From Dehalococcoidia bacterium (lineage in GTDB: Bacteria > Chloroflexota > Dehalococcoidia > Lucifugimonadales > Australimonadaceae), in the NCBI GenBank assembly GCA_965116255.1, contig OZ220670.1, positions 1,273,205 through 1,337,204 of the forward strand: DNA of 64,000 bases, given 5' to 3'. The translations under genes and the position numbers were made by a program. Below the pieces are notes generated by a model. That model was not told the DNA's origin, made no database searches, and saw nothing but the letters and a program-made list of their open reading frames with translations. How positions within the stretch are numbered: position 1 is the stretch's first letter; every line of letters begins with the position of its first letter. Positions 19,001 through 27,049 of the stretch are shown one piece after another.

Positions 19001-20630
19001 GCGAGCCGCGCGGGCCGAGGTAGGTGTAGAGCGACATGACCAGCTGCTCACGCAGCGGGTCGATGGGCGGGTTGGTGACCTGTGCGAAACGCTGCTTGAA
19101 GTAGCTGGAGAGGAGGCGCGGTTTGGCGGCCAGAATCGACAACGGGGTATCATCCCCGAGCGAGCCGACGGGCTCGACCGCCTGCGCGTACAGGGGGCGC
19201 AGGATGAGGTGCGCTTCTTCCGTCGTGTAGGCAAAACTGCGCTGCAAGCGCGCGAGCTCGTCGCGGTCCGGCACGCTGGGGCGCTGCGTCTCGATTTCGC
19301 CGAGCGCGTAGAGCCGGCGCTCCAGCCAATCGCCGTAGGGCTGCGCTGCAGCGGCGCGCTCCTTGATCTCATCGTTACGCAAGAGTGTGCCGGACGCCGT
19401 GTCCACCGCAATCATCTGGCCGGGGCCCAAACGCCCCTTCTCCACCACGTGCGCGTCGTCCATCTCGACCGCTCCGACCTCGGAGGCCATGACGAAGATG
19501 TTGTCGTCGCCCACCTTGTAGCGCGCGGGGCGCAGGCCGTTGCGGTCGAGTACGGCGGCGGCAATCGTCCCGTCCGTAAAGGCAAGCGCCGCCGGGCCGT
19601 CCCATGGCTCCGTCAGCGTAGCGTGGTACTCGTAGAAGGCGCGGAGCGATGGCTCCATACGCGGCATGTTCTCCCACGCCTCCGGCACCAGCATCATCAT
19701 CGCGTGCAGCGCGTCGCGGCCCGAGAGCATCAGCAGCTCGAGCGCGTTGTCTAGGCTGGCAGAGTCGCTGACTCCCTCTTGCAGGACGGGGGCCAGCAGT
19801 TCAGCGTCGTCGCCCCAAAGCCACGAGCGCAATTCCGGCTCGCGCGCCCGCATCCAGTTGCGGTTGCCCTGGAGCGTGTTTATCTCGCCATTGTGGCCCA
19901 GCGTGCGGAATGGTTGCGCCAGCTCCCAGTTGGGAAAGGTATTGGTGCTGTAGCGCTGGTGCAAGACCGCCAGTGCTGTCTCGAACGCGGGGTCGTCAAG
20001 GTCGGGGTAGAAGGCGCGCAACTGCGGCGCGACCAGCAGCCCCTTGTAGACGATGGTGCGGTTGGAGAAGGACGCCACGTAGGCGGCGATGCCCTCGTCG
20101 ACGAACGCCCGCTCCGCCTGCTTGCGCGCAAGGTAGAGACGGCGCGGGAAGCCTTCCAGCGTCAGATCGGGTGGCCTGCCCACGAGTACGTGCTCGATGC
20201 GCGGCATGGTCGCAAGCGCCTGCTCTCCGAGCGCCGAAGGGTCGACCGGCGCTTCACGCCAGCCGAGGAAGAGGAGCCGCTGCTCCTTGACGGTGCGCTC
20301 GACGATGGTCCGCGCACGCGCCGTCTCATCCTGCGGAAGGAAGACCACGCCGACAGCCAGGTCGCCCTCATCGTGCGGCGTGAAGCCGAATTGCTCGGCT
20401 ACGGGATAGAACAGGGCGGGCGGAATCTGCGCAACTACCCCCGCCCCGTCACCCGTCTTCGCATCGGCGGAGACGGCGCCGCGGTGCGTGACGTTCTCCA
20501 CCGCCTCCAGGGCCCGGTCGAGGACCGTGCGACTCTTCGTGCCGTTGATGGCGGCCACGAAGCCGACTCCGCACGCGTCGTGCTCGAATCTAGGATCGTA
20601 GAGCGTCCTCAGACGCGGCTGGCCTCCCAT
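16092..20630 (-). CDS. gltB: Glutamate synthase large subunit (GOGAT alpha chain)
   Basis: N-terminal amidotransferase HDACGVGFVA plus FMN and GXGXG domains. The Met at 20630 lies 2 nt after the glnA stop. About 1512 aa. Confidence 0.95.
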   Translation of the reverse strand: MGGQPRLRTLYDPRFEHDACGVGFVAAINGTKSRTVLDRALEAVENVTHRGAVSADAKTGDGAGVVAQIPPALFYPVAEQFGFTPHDEGDLAVGVVFLPQDETARARTIVERTVKEQRLLFLGWREAPVDPSALGEQALATMPRIEHVLVGRPPDLTLEGFPRRLYLARKQAERAFVDEGIAAYVASFSNRTIVYKGLLVAPQLRAFYPDLDDPAFETALAVLHQRYSTNTFPNWELAQPFRTLGHNGEINTLQGNRNWMRAREPELRSWLWGDDAELLAPVLQEGVSDSASLDNALELLMLSGRDALHAMMMLVPEAWENMPRMEPSLRAFYEYHATLTEPWDGPAALAFTDGTIAAAVLDRNGLRPARYKVGDDNIFVMASEVGAVEMDDAHVVEKGRLGPGQMIAVDTASGTLLRNDEIKERAAAAQPYGDWLERRLYALGEIETQRPSVPDRDELARLQRSFAYTTEEAHLILRPLYAQAVEPVGSLGDDTPLSILAAKPRLLSSYFKQRFAQVTNPPIDPLREQLVMSLYTYLGPRGSLLEETEDHAGLLRLDAPVLADAQLAAVREDVAGLGVTTLSALYGVASGGAGLEGALTRLSAEAEAAVDDGAGVLIISDKGVDSANAAIPMLLAVGAVHNHLIRARKRMRASIVAETGEARDPHQVALLIGYGASAVNPYLAFATVVDLIEVGHDADIPTVVALANYLRTINKQLLKIMSKMGISTVSAYHGAQIFEAIGLSGEVIERAFAGTPSPIGGIGFDEIAAAVQQLHTEAFAADLANGAKGDGLVDHGYYRYRRGGEPHGFSPGSVRVLHKALEEEGTGQSGYDQYVEMMHNQAPISLRDLLRIKHEATPVPLDEVEPASSIVKRFNGGSMSFGALSIEAHQGIASAYNMMDSKSGSGEGGEDPRRFRELSGGVRTGSRMKQVASGRFGVTPEYLALADVLEIKMAQGSKPGEGGQLPGHKVTEIIATARRTQPGVPLISPPPHHDIYSIEDLAQLIYDLKAVNPRATVAVKLVAEAGVGTIAAGVAKGYADYVLISGGEGGTGASPWVSIKYAGSPWELGVVETQQVLVENDLRGRITLRTDGGLKTGEDIAIAAMLGAEEFGFGTAAMVAVGCQIARQCHLNTCPVGVATQDPELRAKYWGAPEMLVRYMFFIAEELRTVLASLGVRNLDDIVGRSDLLEQIPVEGAPNAHTIDLSRLLAPADPTGTRPVRRMQERNDRPEDNLLDDVLLPQVRPAIEGRQAVKIEREIRNVHRTVGARIAGEIAYIHGDSGLPEHSIDLRFRGSAGQSFGAFLLDGMHLTLEGEANDYVGKGMHGGELVLRPPDDATYHAHDNVIMGNTVLYGATGGRLFAAGRAGERFAVRNSGAWSVVEGVGDHACEYMTGGVVVVLGPVGRNVGAGMSGGAAFALDIDGSLDWKVNLEMVGIETVDDPEDVGLLHTLILRHHEMTRSARAEDILDNWSSYLPLFRKVTPLPHIAPPPPREQERQRRDALLAVSQRRGA

Positions 20631-20632
20631 GG

Positions 20633-21967
20633 CTAGAGAACCGGGAGGTAGCGCTTGATTTCGTAGTCGGTGACGGCGGCGCGGTAGCGCTCCCACTCGA
20701 TGCGCTTGTTCTGCAGCAGGCTGTTGAGTGTGTGCTCACCCAGCGCCGTCCGCAGCAGCACGCTGCACTCTGCCGCCTCGATCGCCTCGTACAGGCTCCC
20801 CGGCACCGCGCCGATGCCCAAGTGCGCGCGGGCCTCCGGCGTCATTCGCGTAACGTCGGACGGCGCAGGCGGCACGGGCTCGTAGGCGTTGTCGATGCCC
20901 TCCAGTCCTGCCGTGAGCATCGCCGCGAAGGCCAGGTAGGGGTTGCACGTCGGGTCGGGCAACCGGAACTCCACGCGCGTCGACGCCTCCCTGCCCGGGC
21001 GGTACGCGGGGACGCGCACGAGGTCGCTCCGATTCACCGGCGCCCACGAAACGAAGACGGGCGCCTCGAATCCGGGCACGAGCCGCTTGTAAGAGTTCAC
21101 CCATTGCGCGCAGACGATTGCCAATTCGGGCGCGTGGCGCAGCAGCCCAGCGATGTAGCGGTGCGCCATGTCGCTCAGGTGGTAGGGATCCTCTGCTGCA
21201 TAGAAGACGTTCTCTTCACCGCGCATCAGCGACTGGTTGACGTGCATGCCGTTTCCGTTCTGGTCGGCCATGGGCTTCGGCATGAAGGTGGCGTAGACGC
21301 CGTGGCGCATCGCCACCTCCTTCACCGCCTGCCGGTGCGTCATCACGGAGTCAGCCATCGTCAGCGCATCAGTGTGGCGCAGGTCGATTTCGTGCTGCGA
21401 CGATGCCGCCTCGTGATGGCTGTACTCCACGGGAATACCCATCTCCTCGAGCGTAAGCACCGTCTCACGCCGCAACTCCGTCGCCGTGTCGAGCGGCGTG
21501 AAGTCGAAGTAGCCGCCCTCGTCGAGCGGTTCGGTGGAAGTCGCGGAGCGGAAGTAGAAGTGCTCCATCTCGGGGCCGACCATGAAGGTGAGGCCGCGCT
21601 CCGACGCGCGCCGAAGCGCGGTCTTGAGGACGTTGCGCGGGTCGCCCTCGAATGGCTCGCCGTCGGGCCGCGTGATGTCGCAGAACATGCGCGCGACGGC
21701 ATTCTGCCGGGGGCGCCAGGGCAGCACGGAGAAGGTCGTCGGGTCGGGCGCCGCGATCATGTCCGACTCGTCCACGCGCGCGAATCCTTCTATGGCCGAG
21801 CCGTCGAAGGCCATGCCGCGATCAAGTGCGCTCTCCAGCTCGGCGACCGTGATGGCAAATCCCTTGAGGTTGCCGAGGATGTCGGTGAACCAGAGCCGGA
21901 TGAACTTGACGTCGTTGTCCTTGGCGGTGCGCAGGACGTACGCGGCTGGGTCGCTGTGTCCGTTCAT
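20633..21967 (-). CDS. glnA: Glutamine synthetase type I
   Basis: VKFIRLWFTDILGNLKGF..., NGNGMHVNQSL, about 444 aa from the Met at 21967. Confidence 0.95.
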   Translation of the reverse strand: MNGHSDPAAYVLRTAKDNDVKFIRLWFTDILGNLKGFAITVAELESALDRGMAFDGSAIEGFARVDESDMIAAPDPTTFSVLPWRPRQNAVARMFCDITRPDGEPFEGDPRNVLKTALRRASERGLTFMVGPEMEHFYFRSATSTEPLDEGGYFDFTPLDTATELRRETVLTLEEMGIPVEYSHHEAASSQHEIDLRHTDALTMADSVMTHRQAVKEVAMRHGVYATFMPKPMADQNGNGMHVNQSLMRGEENVFYAAEDPYHLSDMAHRYIAGLLRHAPELAIVCAQWVNSYKRLVPGFEAPVFVSWAPVNRSDLVRVPAYRPGREASTRVEFRLPDPTCNPYLAFAAMLTAGLEGIDNAYEPVPPAPSDVTRMTPEARAHLGIGAVPGSLYEAIEAAECSVLLRTALGEHTLNSLLQNKRIEWERYRAAVTDYEIKRYLPVL

Positions 21968-21989
21968 GGTCGCTGCCCGTAAACGCGTA

Positions 21990-22012
21990 TCACCGGGGCC
22001 GCACCCCGGTGA
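21990..22012 (-). other. 5'-proximal stem-loop of the predicted glnA mRNA
   Basis: Perfect 9-bp stem TCACCGGGG/CCCCGGTGA with a 5-nt loop, starting a few nt downstream of the predicted transcription start site. Confidence 0.5.
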
Positions 22013-22022
22013 CGGATGATGG

Positions 22023-22052
22023 ATAGTATTCCACATTGTGAAACATTGTCAA
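22023..22052 (-). promoter_or_regulatory. Candidate glnA promoter
   Basis: On the minus strand, TTGACA (22047-22052), 18-nt spacer, TACTAT (22023-22028), inside a locally AT-rich segment. Confidence 0.6.
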
Positions 22053-22076
22053 CATGATTTGTGAAGCAATGCACAA
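22037..22076. promoter_or_regulatory. Tandem imperfect 17-18 nt repeats (candidate nitrogen-regulator operator)
   Basis: TGTGAAACATTGTCAACA (22037-22054) and TGTGAAGCAATGCACAA (22060-22076), period 23 nt. The second reads TGTGA-N6-GCACA, which is CRP/FNR/NtcA-like at 9 of 10 positions. The first overlaps the -35 box. Confidence 0.45.
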
Positions 22077-22079
22077 GCG

Positions 22080-22560
22080 GTGTCAAGCCCTGCACGAAGT
22101 AAGCTGCCGGGCGACTTCTCTCAAGTTCCTGGGACGATTGTGCAGCAACCAATCCGGCAACGGACGGTGGTCGCAATCCTATTCGCCATTGGGGCTATCG
22201 GACCCAGCCTCTTCGGCTGTGGCAGCGACTCCGAGCCCGGCGTCTACCGCTATGCGCCGCTGGGTGAGGGCTCAGAGCCTCCTCCCGACTTTGACCCCCT
22301 TCGATACTCTCCACCTACTCCGCGATGGGGCGCAGATGACCCTTTCGTACGATTTGCCCGCCAACGCCTTCACAGGCACGGTGGAAAACACCACGCCTGC
22401 CGCACTGCGCGGCGTGACGGTTGAAGTCCACCCCTCAAACGGAACTACGTTAGGCCCAACGGACCCCTTCGACTTGGCTCCCAGTCAAGTCGTGGACATC
22501 AGCATCGCCGCAGGTGTCCGGCACTTCACCCGTTGGAGCGCATCCCTGGAGGCCGGCTGA
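22080..22560 (+). pseudogene. Lipoprotein interrupted by a single frameshift at a C5 run
   Basis: Frame 0 gives the signal peptide plus lipobox (VVAILFAIGAIGPSLFGCGS...EPPPDFDP). Frame 1 gives the mature domain (FDTLHLLRDGAQMTLSYDLPANAFTGTVENT...SLEAG). Removing one C from the CCCCC at 22295-22299 joins them seamlessly. GTG at 22140 is an alternative start. Confidence 0.65.
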
Positions 22561-22634
22561 TTGCTAGCATGCTGGCTTTTCACGGTCCCTGCTGCCACGC
22601 CGGCCCTCCCTTGCACGCAGGGGCGACGTGGCTG

Positions 22635-23327
22635 ATGATGGCGCCCGTGGACGCACCACCGCCTGCCGGCTCCTCCACCGCCTGCCCGCCCATCATCGCC
22701 ATCGACGGGCCGGCTGCGTCGGGGAAGAGCACCGTCGGGCGGGCGCTCGCCCAGAGGCTCGGCTACCGCTTCATCGACACCGGGCTCATGTACCGCGCCG
22801 TCACGCTCCTCGTCGTCGAGGGGGACATCGACATATCCGACGAATCAGCGATCGCGCGCACGGCGGAGTCGGCGGACATTGAGGTCGGCGAACGCGTATA
22901 CGTCGATGGGCGCGACGTGACGCGCCTGCTGCACAGCAGCCCCGTCAACGAACGGGTGTCATTCGTCTCCCAAATCAGCCCTGTTCGCCGTGCAATGGTC
23001 GCCCTTCAGCGGCGCATCGCTGAAGAGGGCCGAATCGTCATGGCGGGCCGCGACATCGGCACCGTCGTCGCACCTCACGCCAAGAAGGTCTACCTCGATG
23101 CACCCGCTTCCGAGCGTGTGCGCCGCCGCCACGCCGAGCTCGAGGACGGGGACCGCACGATGACCGTCTCGGCCGTGCGGGCCGAGTTGGAGCAGCGCGA
23201 CCGCCTCGACAGCCAGCGCTGCGACTCGCCGCTCAAGGCGGCGGAGGACGCGGTGGTGGTCGATACGAGCGGGCTGAACCTTGAGCAGGTGGTCGACGCC
23301 GTACTGCAGGGCATCGCACAGGAGTAG
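22635..23327 (+). CDS. cmk: Cytidylate kinase
   Basis: IIAIDGPAASGKSTVGRALAQRLGYRFIDTGLMYRAVT. Start at the internal ATG 22635. Confidence 0.93.
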   Translation: MMAPVDAPPPAGSSTACPPIIAIDGPAASGKSTVGRALAQRLGYRFIDTGLMYRAVTLLVVEGDIDISDESAIARTAESADIEVGERVYVDGRDVTRLLHSSPVNERVSFVSQISPVRRAMVALQRRIAEEGRIVMAGRDIGTVVAPHAKKVYLDAPASERVRRRHAELEDGDRTMTVSAVRAELEQRDRLDSQRCDSPLKAAEDAVVVDTSGLNLEQVVDAVLQGIAQE

Positions 23328-23331
23328 GGCG

Positions 23332-23952
23332 GTGGCCGTCGACCTCTACTATCGGATCGGCAAGGTGGCAGCGCGCATCATGATGCCGACCTTCGGGAGG
23401 CTGGAGGTAGTCGGGCGCGACCACGTGCCGCGCGAGGGGCCGCTCATCATCGCCGCCAACCACCGTTCCAACGCCGACCCTCCCCTGATCGTCGAGGCGT
23501 TCCCGCGCCCCGTGTGGTTCATGGCCAAGCGCGAGCTGTTCGCCAATCCCATCGCCGGGCACTTCTTGCGCAACGTGCATGTCTATCCAGTCGACCGCGA
23601 CGGGCGCGACATCGACGCGGTGCGCTGGGCCCAGGCAACCCTGGTCGAGGGCAAGGCGCTGCTGGTTTTCCCGGAGGGCACGCGCAACCGCGCGGAGGGT
23701 CTGGGTCCGGCGACGGACGGGCTGAGCTACCTTGCCGCGCGCACGGGCGCGCCCGTCATTCCGGTCGGCATCACGGGCAGCGAGCGCATCAACAACTACG
23801 TGCGCATCGCCTTCCCGCTGACGCGGGTGCGCGTGAACATCGGCGAGCCGTTCACGCTCGATCCCGGCGCAAGACGCCCATCGCGCGAACGCCTCCGCGA
23901 AATGACGGAAGAGGTCATGGCTCGCATCGCCGCCCTCCTGCCACTCGAGTAA
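23332..23952 (+). CDS. plsC: 1-acyl-sn-glycerol-3-phosphate acyltransferase
   Basis: NHRSNADPP and FPEGTRN acyltransferase motifs. GTG at 23332 follows AGGAG. Confidence 0.88.
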   Translation: MAVDLYYRIGKVAARIMMPTFGRLEVVGRDHVPREGPLIIAANHRSNADPPLIVEAFPRPVWFMAKRELFANPIAGHFLRNVHVYPVDRDGRDIDAVRWAQATLVEGKALLVFPEGTRNRAEGLGPATDGLSYLAARTGAPVIPVGITGSERINNYVRIAFPLTRVRVNIGEPFTLDPGARRPSRERLREMTEEVMARIAALLPLE

Positions 23953-23972
23953 CCGCCACTAACCGATTCCGA

Positions 23973-23981
23973 TGCTATACT
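23973..23981 (+). promoter_or_regulatory. Extended -10 element upstream of ppdK
   Basis: TGcTATACT at 23973-23981, about 80 nt upstream of the ppdK start. Confidence 0.35.
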
Positions 23982-24060
23982 CGCGACGGGGAGCCCCTCC
24001 TCTCTTGATTAGGGACGGGGCACACGCCTTGACGATTTTCGCAGGGAGGCGGGAACAGGA

Positions 24061-26790
24061 ATGGCGACGGTAGCAGGCGGCAAGATGGTCTACCGCCTGG
24101 CGGAGGGCAACGCGCAAATGGTGCAGTTGCTTGGCGGTAAGGGCGCCCACGCCAGCGAGATGGCCCGCATCGGCATCCCCGTGCCCCCTGGTTTCGTCAT
24201 CACCACCGAGGCCTGCCGCGAGTACCTGCGCGGCCACGCCTTCCCCGAGGGGCTCTGGGAGTCCATCGTCGAGAATGTTCACACGCTCGAGCGCGAACTG
24301 GGGCGTACTCTTGGCGCACCGTCCGACCCCCTCATCGTCTCCGTCCGCTCCGGCGCACCCGTCTCCATGCCAGGCATGATGGACACCATCCTGAACATGG
24401 GCGTGACCGAAGACACGTGGCGCGGCCTCGCGGAGATGATGGGCGACGAGCGCCCGGCGCTCGACGCATACCGCCGCTTCATTCAGGCGTTCGGCAACGT
24501 CGTTCTCGGTATAGACAAGGCACGCTTTGAGGACTTGCTGGAGGAGGCGAAGCGCAATCGAGACCTCCACTTCGACTACGAACTACCGCCCGAGGCGTTG
24601 CTGGAGCTGGTCGCACAGTTCGAGGCGATCATCGTCGAGGCGACGGGGCAGTCGCTCCCCCGCGACCCGTGGGTGCTGCTCAAGCAGGCCATCGAGGCCG
24701 TCTTCACCTCGTGGAACAACCCGCGAGCCATCACCTACCGTGACTTCCACGGCATCCCGCACGACATCGGCACGGGGTGCGTCATAATGGCGATGGTGTT
24801 CGGCAACCTTGGCACCGATAGCGGCACCGGCGTGCTGTTCACCCGCTCCCCCGCTACAGGCAACAAGCGATTATTCGGCGAGTTCCTGACCAACGCGCAG
24901 GGCGAGGACGTTGTCGCCGGTGTACGCACGCCGTCGCGCATCGATGAGGTGCGCCACCAGGGGCCCGACCTCTACGAGGATATCGAGCGCACCGCTCGCG
25001 ACCTCGAGGCACACTACGGCGACGTGCAGGACATCGAGTTCACCATCGAACGCGGCAAGCTCTACATCCTGCAGACGCGGACCGCCAAACGCACCGCTTC
25101 CGCAGCCGTCAAGATCGCCGTTGACCTCGTCGATGAGGGTGTGCTCACACCGAGTGAGGCGCTGGGCCGTATCCACCCGGAAGATGTGGTGCAGGTGCTC
25201 ATGCCCCGCTTCGACCCCGACGCCAAATCGGCAGCCGTCGAAGGCGGCCGCCTCTTCGCCGAGGGGCTCGGCGGCTCACCCGGCGCCGCCTCCGGCATTA
25301 TCGTCATGGATCCCGACCGCGCCGTCGATTTGGCGGCAGAGGGCAAGCGTGTGATGCTCGTGCGCCACGAGACCAGCCCCGACGACGTCCACGGCATCAT
25401 CAAGGCGGAGGGAGTGCTCACGGCGCGCGGCGGCATGACGAGCCATGCGGCTGTCGTGACGCGCGGACTGGGGAAGCCCGCCGTCGTCGGCTGCGAGGAG
25501 CTTGAGTTCGCCAACGGTGCAGTCATCGCCCGCGGACGGACGCTCAACGAGGGCGACCTGATCAGCGTCGACGGCGCGACGGGCGAGGTCTTTGTCGGCG
25601 AGCTTGCAACACAGACGCCGCGGCCCCAGGACTTGAGCGACCTGGGCAGGCTGCTCAACTGGGCTGACGAGGTTCGCTCGCTCCAGGTGTGGGCGAACGC
25701 CGATACACCCGAGGACGCCGAGCGCGCACGCGCCAACGGCGCGCAGGGTGTCGGGCTGTGCCGCACGGAGCACATGTTCTTCGACCCCGAACGCCTACCC
25801 CACGTCCAGCAACTCCTGCACGTCGGCCCGGAGGCGTCACGCCTGCAGCGCGAAGTTGATTCGCTGCGCGGGCAGTCGGACGGGGCTCCCGCGAGCCAGC
25901 GCGACGCCCTCGCTGAGCGGCTCGCGGAATCCGAATCGCGGCTGCACGAGTCGGACGCCGTCGAGTCGTTCCACCGCGAATTGGCCGCGCTGGAGGATTT
26001 CCAGACGCAGGACTTCTACGGCATTCTCAAGGCCATGGCAGGGCTGCCGGTGACCATTCGCCTACTCGACGCGCCCCTGCACGAATTTGCACCGCATGAC
26101 GATGCCCTCGCCGAGAGCAACCCGATGCTTGGCCATCGCGGCACGCGAGTGGGGCTGACAATGCCGGAGGTCTATGAGATGCAGGTGCGCGCCATCTTCT
26201 CCGCCGCCGCGCAACTCGCCAAGGAGGGCGTCGACGTTCACCCCGAGGTGATGATCCCCATCGTCTCCCACGTCAACGAACTGCGCTGGCTCGGCCCGCG
26301 CCTGAGCGATGTAGCGCGCGTTACCCTGCACAAGGCAGGCGCGAGCGTACCCTTCCGTTACGGCACGATGATTGAGGTACCGCGCGCGGCCCTAACGGCG
26401 GAGGCCATCGCCCAAGAGGTAAGCTTCTTCTCCTTCGGCTCGAACGACCTAACGCAGATGACGTTCGCCTACAGCCGGGACGACGCCGAGGGCAAGTTCC
26501 TGCGCCACTACGTCGAGACGGACATCCTGCCGTGGAATCCCTTCGAGAGCCTGGACCGCGACGGCGTGGGGCGGCTGATGCGTATGGCGACGGAAGAGGG
26601 CCGCCACGCCAACCCCTCGCTGCAAGTCGGAATCTGCGGGGAGCACGGCGGCGACCCGATGAGCATCGCCTTCTGCCACGACCTAGGCCTCAACTACGTC
26701 TCCTGCTCGCCATTCAGGGTGCCGGTAGCACGACTGGCCGCGGCGCAGAGCGCGCTCGGGCAGATGCGCTCCCCTGCGGACGAATCGTAG
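24061..26790 (+). CDS. ppdK: Pyruvate, phosphate dikinase
   Basis: LLGGKGAHASEMARIGIPVPPGF, catalytic-His loop RGGMTSHAAVVTRG, C-terminal PEP-utilising domain GICGEHGGDP. 909 aa. Confidence 0.95.
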   Translation: MATVAGGKMVYRLAEGNAQMVQLLGGKGAHASEMARIGIPVPPGFVITTEACREYLRGHAFPEGLWESIVENVHTLERELGRTLGAPSDPLIVSVRSGAPVSMPGMMDTILNMGVTEDTWRGLAEMMGDERPALDAYRRFIQAFGNVVLGIDKARFEDLLEEAKRNRDLHFDYELPPEALLELVAQFEAIIVEATGQSLPRDPWVLLKQAIEAVFTSWNNPRAITYRDFHGIPHDIGTGCVIMAMVFGNLGTDSGTGVLFTRSPATGNKRLFGEFLTNAQGEDVVAGVRTPSRIDEVRHQGPDLYEDIERTARDLEAHYGDVQDIEFTIERGKLYILQTRTAKRTASAAVKIAVDLVDEGVLTPSEALGRIHPEDVVQVLMPRFDPDAKSAAVEGGRLFAEGLGGSPGAASGIIVMDPDRAVDLAAEGKRVMLVRHETSPDDVHGIIKAEGVLTARGGMTSHAAVVTRGLGKPAVVGCEELEFANGAVIARGRTLNEGDLISVDGATGEVFVGELATQTPRPQDLSDLGRLLNWADEVRSLQVWANADTPEDAERARANGAQGVGLCRTEHMFFDPERLPHVQQLLHVGPEASRLQREVDSLRGQSDGAPASQRDALAERLAESESRLHESDAVESFHRELAALEDFQTQDFYGILKAMAGLPVTIRLLDAPLHEFAPHDDALAESNPMLGHRGTRVGLTMPEVYEMQVRAIFSAAAQLAKEGVDVHPEVMIPIVSHVNELRWLGPRLSDVARVTLHKAGASVPFRYGTMIEVPRAALTAEAIAQEVSFFSFGSNDLTQMTFAYSRDDAEGKFLRHYVETDILPWNPFESLDRDGVGRLMRMATEEGRHANPSLQVGICGEHGGDPMSIAFCHDLGLNYVSCSPFRVPVARLAAAQSALGQMRSPADES

Positions 26791-27049
26791 GCCCGGCGCC
26801 GGCGGCCTTCCCATCGACCCGAACACACCACAGGCGCAACAGACTCCTCCGCGCACCCGCACGAGCCGCATTTTCTACGGCTGGTACATCGTCGCGGCAA
26901 GCATATTCTCCAACGCGCTGCTGACCGGCGTCGTTTTCGCCGGGTTTGGTGCGTTTGTCATCCCCATTGAGCAGACCTTCGGGTGGAGCCGATCAACTAT
27001 CTCCGTTGCGCTCGCAATCAGACAGGTCGAATCGGGAATCGTCTCGCCG

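Noticed and set aside
18543-21982. Several 285-416 aa antisense ORFs opposite gltB and glnA (18543..19754, 19779..20636, 20732..21982)
   Set aside because: They mirror the codon structure of highly conserved genes on the other strand. The composition is Arg/Val/His-rich and no motifs are recognisable.
22037-22076. Assignment of the glnA repeats to TnrA/GlnR (Bacillus) or GlnR (actinobacterial) boxes
   Set aside because: The spacing is off by one for TGTNAN7TNACA, and the GTnAC-n6-GaAAC pattern matches only partially. They are kept as an unassigned operator candidate instead.
23959-24570. 203-aa minus-strand ORF overlapping the ppdK start
   Set aside because: It lies opposite the strongly conserved PPDK N-terminus and has no ribosome-binding site or family features.
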